Origin: Bacteroidota bacterium
GTDB taxonomy: Bacteria; Bacteroidota; Bacteroidia; 2-12-FULL-35-15
Length of the DNA stretch: 64,000 bases
Assembly: GCA_040388745.1 (NCBI GenBank)
Contig: JAZKBF010000043.1
Coordinates: forward strand, 84,405 to 148,404
Direction of reading: 5' to 3'
Position 1 is the stretch's first letter. Each line of letters begins with the position of its first letter. Shown here one piece after another: positions 58,709 through 64,000 of the stretch. Below the pieces are notes generated by a model, which saw nothing but the letters and a program-made list of their open reading frames with translations, ran no database searches and was not told the origin of the DNA. The position numbers were made by a program, and so were the translations under genes.

Positions 58709-61249
58709 CTAACCCACAATCCTCAGTTTCGCAAATTTTATTAATAATTGTTTTTGTCCAACGCCTTCAAAAAACACAGTAGTTTTATTATTCGGGAAAT
58801 CACCATCCATATTTATTACTTTACCTTTTCCAAAACGATCGTGCTCCACTTCCATACCCACTTGTAAACTCCTTAAACTTTCGGTATCAAAATCAGAAGT
58901 GTTTTTTGATGCAGTATTAATTTTAACTAAATTTTTTCCAATAACAGGTCGCTGCACAAAGGTCTCTTTAGGCTTAGTGTTATATTGTTTCGGTTTGCTT
59001 GAATATTCTTCATTACCAAACAATCGGCTGCTGCTTTCTGTTGGCATGTCTAAATATTTCGCATCCACTTCCTCAATAAATCTACTTGGTTCGCAATAAA
59101 TTAAATTCCCCCAGCGGTATCGTGTCGTGGAGTAGGAGAGGGTTACACGTTTTTCGGCACGGGTAATGGCAACATAAAATAATCTGCGTTCCTCTTCCAG
59201 ATCAGCTCTTTCCGTTAATGACATTTGTGATGGAAATAAATTCTCTTCCAAACCTACAACATACACATAAGGGAATTCCAGGCCTTTTGCAGCATGTATG
59301 GTCATTAAGGAAACTTTATTTCTATCTTCTTCAGTTTCTGTTTTTTTATCCGCATCAGTCATTAATGCAATATCCCGCATAAACAGATCCAATGTAGGAT
59401 TAGTAGTTATTTCAGTTGTTGGATTTTCAAGATCAGACTTTTGTTCATCGAAAGAAAATAACAATCCATTAATTTCATTATCTATCGCAGTTTCCTGGCG
59501 CTCTTGTACTTCTTCTTCTTGATTCTTGATTCTAGATTCTTGACTCTCATCCCCCCCTTCTTGATTCTTGATTCTTAAATCTTGATTCTCATCCCCCGCA
59601 TCTTGGTTCTCAGTTGTGATCTCCGCCCCAATGTCATTTATATCAATTTCACTTTCAGTAAATTCTTTTAATCCGTTTAATAATTCCTGAATGTTTTCAT
59701 GCCTGCTAACTCCTTCCGGTGATTTATCAGCATAAAGATCTCTCAGGATGCCCGAATGAACTGCTATGTATTGCCCCAGGTCATACGCACTATGCGTTTG
59801 AAGCATTGCAGAAAAACTTTTTATCATCACCGTAAACTCATCCACTTTTGCTTTGGCTCCTGCATTTAAACCAATGTCAAATTCATTAATATTTTCAATC
59901 ACCCTCCAAAGGCTTATGTTATGGTCGTTTGCGGCAACAATAATTCTATCAATTGTGGTGTCACCTATTCCACGACCAGGATAATTGATGATCCGTTTTA
60001 AGGATTCTTCATCATTACTATTGATCGCAAGGCGGTAATAGGCCAATAGATCTTTGATCTCTTTACGTTGGTAAAACGACAGACCACCAAATATTCGGTA
60101 TGCAATATTTTGTTTGCGCAACGCTTCCTCCATGGCACGTGATTGTGCGTTGGTACGATAAAGGATAGCGAATTCACGGTTATGCGCCTGCTCATTCATC
60201 TTTGTTTCAAAAATGGAATTGGCAACAAAATTACCTTCGGAATTATCCGATTCTGTTTTCATTACCTTAATGAGTTCACCTTCTACGTTCTCTGTAAAAA
60301 CATTTTTTTTGAGCTGTTCTTTATTTTTAGAAATAACTGTATTAGCAGCACCTACAATGATTTTTGTAGAACGGTAATTTTGTTCCAGTTTAAATATATT
60401 GAGCTCAGGATAATCTTTTTCGTAATTGAAAATGTTTTGAATGTTCGCACCACGGAAGGCGTAAATACTTTGTGCGTCATCGCCAACTACGCATATATTG
60501 CGGTATGCAGCAGCCAATTGTTTGATAATTACATATTGCGAAAAGTTAGTATCCTGGTACTCATCCACCATGATGTATTTGAATTTATGCTGATACTTAT
60601 GTAATACCGCAGGAAAATCACGCAATAAAATATTGGTATTAAATAACAGATCATCAAAATCCATTGCACCTGCTTTGAAACAGCGTTGAGCATAGATCTG
60701 ATAGATAAGGCCCATTTTGGGCTTTGCTGCCTGGCGGTCTTCTTCTAATGCCTGCTTATCATTTTGGTACGCTTGTGCAGAAATTAAATTATTTTTTGCA
60801 GCAGAAATACGCGAAAGTACCATACCCGGTTTATATATTTTATCATCCAGGCCTTGCTCTTTTAAAATCGCTTTTATTAAACTTTTGGAATTATCAGTAT
60901 CATAAATGGTAAAATTTTGAGGATAGCCAAGCTTCTCTGCTTCACTGCGTAAAATGCGCGAAAATACAGAGTGAAAGGTACCCATCCAGATGTTTCTCGA
61001 TTCGCTGGTCCCAACCACTTTGGCAATACGTTCTTTCATTTCACGTGCCGCTTTATTGGTGAACGTGAGTGATAATATATTAAAGGGATCAACACCTTTT
61101 TTTATCAGGTGTGTAATACGATAAGTAAGTACACGCGTTTTTCCGGACCCAGCACCGGCAATGATCATTACAGGGCCTTCGGTACATTCAACAGCTTTGC
61201 GTTGTACGGGATTTAATTCATCTAAATAATTCTTCGACATGGTAAGCAA
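58709..61249 (-). CDS. uvrD: ATP-dependent DNA helicase UvrD/PcrA family with ~100 aa acidic low-complexity repeat insertion
   Basis: 846 aa; Walker A AGAGSGKT, DEYQDTN, GDDAQSIYAFRGA, C-terminal helicase motifs V-VI; residues ~540-640 are repetitive (ENQDAGDENQDLRIKNQEGGDESQESRIKNQEEE), encoded by a DNA tandem repeat at ~59505-59620. Confidence 0.9.
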   Translation of the reverse strand: MLTMSKNYLDELNPVQRKAVECTEGPVMIIAGAGSGKTRVLTYRITHLIKKGVDPFNILSLTFTNKAAREMKERIAKVVGTSESRNIWMGTFHSVFSRILRSEAEKLGYPQNFTIYDTDNSKSLIKAILKEQGLDDKIYKPGMVLSRISAAKNNLISAQAYQNDKQALEEDRQAAKPKMGLIYQIYAQRCFKAGAMDFDDLLFNTNILLRDFPAVLHKYQHKFKYIMVDEYQDTNFSQYVIIKQLAAAYRNICVVGDDAQSIYAFRGANIQNIFNYEKDYPELNIFKLEQNYRSTKIIVGAANTVISKNKEQLKKNVFTENVEGELIKVMKTESDNSEGNFVANSIFETKMNEQAHNREFAILYRTNAQSRAMEEALRKQNIAYRIFGGLSFYQRKEIKDLLAYYRLAINSNDEESLKRIINYPGRGIGDTTIDRIIVAANDHNISLWRVIENINEFDIGLNAGAKAKVDEFTVMIKSFSAMLQTHSAYDLGQYIAVHSGILRDLYADKSPEGVSRHENIQELLNGLKEFTESEIDINDIGAEITTENQDAGDENQDLRIKNQEGGDESQESRIKNQEEEVQERQETAIDNEINGLLFSFDEQKSDLENPTTEITTNPTLDLFMRDIALMTDADKKTETEEDRNKVSLMTIHAAKGLEFPYVYVVGLEENLFPSQMSLTERADLEEERRLFYVAITRAEKRVTLSYSTTRYRWGNLIYCEPSRFIEEVDAKYLDMPTESSSRLFGNEEYSSKPKQYNTKPKETFVQRPVIGKNLVKINTASKNTSDFDTESLRSLQVGMEVEHDRFGKGKVINMDGDFPNNKTTVFFEGVGQKQLLIKFAKLRIVG

Positions 61250-61544
61250 AATGGGATGTTTGGTTATTTACAAATTTACTTTTTTTTGACGATGTTTTTA
61301 TGTTTGTTGAAATTTAAGAGAAAATATATTGTAACCCTTATTCCATAGGTAAAATGCGAGTTATTGATTTGTTGATATGTTCTTTGATTTTGATGTTTTT
61401 ATACAGCTATGTTTTGGGTACTTTAGCTTTATTAAATTGTATCAACAATGATTTACAAATATTTGTAAGCGCTTTGAAGTATTTGTTATCACAAAACTTG
61501 CGTCTATAAATTTGTTACAAGCAATTTTACCGCAAAACAATTAA

Positions 61545-62174
61545 ATGACAAAAAAAACATTGCGACTGTTGATTTTCTTTGTTATAGCAGGGTGTGGATC
61601 CCCTGTGACTTTTGATCAACCGCAGCCCCCAAAGACAAGAGAGATTCATAGATTTCCTCGACAATTATTCGGAAAATATACAAGTTTCGACAGTAAATCG
61701 ACTATTATTATCAACGAAAAGTTTATACTTAAAATTTACGATTATGACCTAATGACTTCTAAAGACTCTTTGGATAAGTCCTATAAGATTAAGGGTGACA
61801 CGTTATATTTTCGAGAGGGGGATAATTACGAACTTATTAAGACAATTCATGATTCAATTATTCAACATGTGTACTCTAAAGAAACCTTATTTTCATTCGA
61901 CAGCTCCACTGTACTAAAAAAATTCAAAGGGAATTATTTCTTAAACTACTTATGGGATAAAGACAAGTGGATTGTAAAAAAAATGACACTAGTAAAAGGC
62001 ATATTAACACTTTCCGACATTAATACAAGGGAAGAGGTTACTATCTTAAATGAAATTACTGAAACACCCGCAGACACTATTTCTTATGACTTTGAGGTAA
62101 GTAAAAAACAATTCAAACAATTTTTAAAATTGGGAGGATTTCGAGACACTGACTTTTTTATTAAAATGAAATAA
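61545..62174 (+). CDS. hypothetical lipoprotein
   Basis: 209 aa; lipobox-like LIFFVIAGCGSP; no recognisable domain. Confidence 0.4.
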   Translation: MTKKTLRLLIFFVIAGCGSPVTFDQPQPPKTREIHRFPRQLFGKYTSFDSKSTIIINEKFILKIYDYDLMTSKDSLDKSYKIKGDTLYFREGDNYELIKTIHDSIIQHVYSKETLFSFDSSTVLKKFKGNYFLNYLWDKDKWIVKKMTLVKGILTLSDINTREEVTILNEITETPADTISYDFEVSKKQFKQFLKLGGFRDTDFFIKMK

Positions 62175-62453
62175 AAACTGCTTGTAAACAGCACCAATAA
62201 GTTATGCGGGCTTTGTGCAAGTTTCAACTTTGTTTTTCAGCCGATGTAAATTTATTTTTTAAAGTTGCAATAAAGTTCAGTACATTTCATTCAGTTTTTC
62301 GGTTAAGACAATTTCGTGTTTTTGACCCGCAATCTTGTAGCTGCCAATCGTTGCAAGCGTCCCCCAAAAGCGACCACTATTTGAAAATTGGAATTGATTT
62401 TTTGAAAAATATTTTTTCACTTTAATGAGTAAAATGGTTAATACATAAGAAAA

Positions 62454-62876
62454 TTGAAACCACTTCAAAAAGCTCTCATTCAAAAAATAATTGACAAATT
62501 TGAAGGAAATGTTTCCTTTAAAAATTCAAAAAGGGAATACTTCTTTGTAAACGAGCAATGGTTAAGGTTAAGTAACCTTAAAAGAGAGGAGGTTATTGGC
62601 AAAACAGATAATGAAATTTTATCTTTGGACAATGCTATTCGTGCCGAAAAGACAGATATGAAGGCATTTGAAAAACAAATTCCAATTGAATATACTAATT
62701 CAGTTATATTAAATGGCGAGAGAATTGATTTCATTGCAATTAAGTTTGTTATCAATTTTGGATCCGGAGAGCATTTTTTTCTTTGTACTATTGCCGACTT
62801 CTTATATAATAAAGAAAAGGTCTTAGCTTTTCGTAAAATTATTGATGCTTTTTTTGAAAGAAAAGGTAGACGATAA
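62454..62876 (+). CDS. hypothetical protein
   Basis: 140 aa ORF with no recognisable motif; coding status uncertain. Confidence 0.25.
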   Translation: MKPLQKALIQKIIDKFEGNVSFKNSKREYFFVNEQWLRLSNLKREEVIGKTDNEILSLDNAIRAEKTDMKAFEKQIPIEYTNSVILNGERIDFIAIKFVINFGSGEHFFLCTIADFLYNKEKVLAFRKIIDAFFERKGRR

Positions 62877-63300
62877 CTCTTATTTACTACTCGCCAGTAA
62901 CTGACCTAGGCTAAGCAAAATGAACGTTTATCTTTAATTTCATCATTTGGGTTAGCAATGAAAAAAGATCGCATCAAGCACATTTCATAGCGGTATAAAA
63001 TTGTTTTTATTTTGTTTTTGCGCAGATTAAAGTAAAATTGGTACGAAAAATGTGATGATTGATATGATTTGCTGCTTGAGAAAAAATCAAAATGCTAGAC
63101 AATTTCAAATTCCAAACTCTCTACCTATAATTTGGAAATTTTGAATCTATGCATTACCTTTAGCTCAAGCATAGTTAAAAGAAATAATAATTGATTTTAA
63201 AAATACAAATCGATTCTAAGGAATTTAATTTATAGAAATACTGAAATAATTTATTGTCAAAAAGTGCGGAGTCAGCACTATAATCACCGACAACAGCAAA

Positions 63301-64000
63301 ATGAAAACAAAAGTACTATCAGTAGTTGCTGCAATAATGTTTACCTCCATTAGTCTGCAGGCACAAACACTATCCACATTTGCCGGTTCTGGTGTTAATG
63401 GATTCGTAGATGGTCCGGCTTTAACTGCTCAGTTTTCAGGACTTGAGCAAATGGTGTACGATAAAAAAGGGAATTTATTAATTTGTGATGCTTCAAATCA
63501 TCGAATACGAAAAATAGATGCAGCGGGCAATGTGACCACTTTCGCAGGAACCGGAACAGCAGGTTTTGTAAATGGAAATGTGGGTACAGCTCAATTCAAC
63601 AATCCTTTAGGAATAGCGGTAGATAATTTTAATAATATTTATATATCTGATAATTCAAATTTCGTAATACGGAAAATTGACAATTTGGGTAAGGTAACAA
63701 CCTACGCAGGAACCGGTGATAAAGGATTTGTTAATGGAAGTAGTTCATCAGCACAATTTGATTACCTGAATTATATGTGTTTTGACAAGGCAATGAATTT
63801 ATATGTAGCCGATCCTGGTAATAACATGATCAGAAAAATTGATAGCCAGGGCAATGTCAGTACTTTTGTTGGAAGCGGGAAAACAGGGTTTGCTGATGGA
63901 ATAGGTGCATCTGCTGACTTATCATTCCCTATTGCAATTGCGTACGACAAAAGCAATGATGTTTTTTATGTTAGTGATCAGGGCAATTCTGTAATAAGAA
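63301..64000 (+). CDS. NHL-repeat beta-propeller protein, N-terminal fragment (continues past window end)
   Basis: Translation from ATG 63301: MKTKVLSVVAAIMFTSISLQAQTLSTFAGSGVNGFVDGPALTAQF...NHRIRKIDAAGNVTTFAGTGTAGFVNGNVGTAQFNNPLGIAVD...; repeated NHL signatures (GxGxxGFxDG, Ax.F..P.GiA.D, N..IRKID). Confidence 0.7.
   Translation, partial: MKTKVLSVVAAIMFTSISLQAQTLSTFAGSGVNGFVDGPALTAQFSGLEQMVYDKKGNLLICDASNHRIRKIDAAGNVTTFAGTGTAGFVNGNVGTAQFNNPLGIAVDNFNNIYISDNSNFVIRKIDNLGKVTTYAGTGDKGFVNGSSSSAQFDYLNYMCFDKAMNLYVADPGNNMIRKIDSQGNVSTFVGSGKTGFADGIGASADLSFPIAIAYDKSNDVFYVSDQGNSVIR

Noticed and set aside
60143-60604. 153 aa + strand ORF inside uvrD
   Set aside because: Antisense to conserved helicase motifs; Cys/Phe/Ile-rich nonsense translation.
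1-64000. tRNA, rRNA, CRISPR arrays, integrase/transposase/prophage genes
   Set aside because: Intergenic regions were read for cloverleaf-like GC-rich segments, repeat-spacer arrays and recombinase motifs; none found. The only mobile-like feature is the TIR-bounded 214 bp element, which has no coding capacity.

Overview
The window is AT-rich Bacteroidota-like chromosome (probably Sphingobacteriia/Chitinophagia type; roughly 35% GC judged by eye). Housekeeping genes flank both ends. On the left: truB fragment, uppP, hppD, hemD, mqnA, a TonB-dependent receptor, bdhA, recQ and kpsF. On the right: tatC, a DUF5686 outer-membrane protein followed by lptB, purS, pssA-like, a PorV/PorQ-like barrel, lnt, lpdA, hemH, gpx and uvrD.

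The centre (about 18.7-44.4 kb) is an unusually large, AT-richer membrane-glycosylation island. It encodes three GT2 polyprenyl-phosphate-sugar synthase-like enzymes (one with a DUF2304 partner), a TMTC-like DUF1736+TPR protein, and at least seven to eight large polytopic proteins. Several of these have a GT-C-type acidic first-loop motif, and one is DUF2029/GT87-like. It also encodes three acyltransferase-3 O-acyltransferases, a hexapeptide N-acetyltransferase, a SAM methyltransferase and an SDR.

I found no Wzx, Wzy, Wzz, initiating phosphoglycosyltransferase or cytoplasmic GT1/GT4 enzymes. That points to a periplasmic-face glycosylation system fed by lipid-phosphate sugars rather than a classical O-antigen or capsule locus.

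Inside the island a translationally coupled two-gene module occurs twice as diverged paralogous copies. Each copy is a ~480 aa polytopic protein plus a 150 aa single-TM protein with an almost identical 22-residue C-terminus.

Outside the island I noted several non-coding oddities: a ~214 bp element with perfect 20 bp terminal inverted repeats, a three-copy dispersed palindromic repeat family, a tandemly duplicated hairpin unit, a (CATT)7 microsatellite, and a repetitive acidic insertion inside uvrD. No rRNA, tRNA, CRISPR, integrase or transposase gene was recognised. All calls come from reading the translations and sequence by eye; no searches were run.
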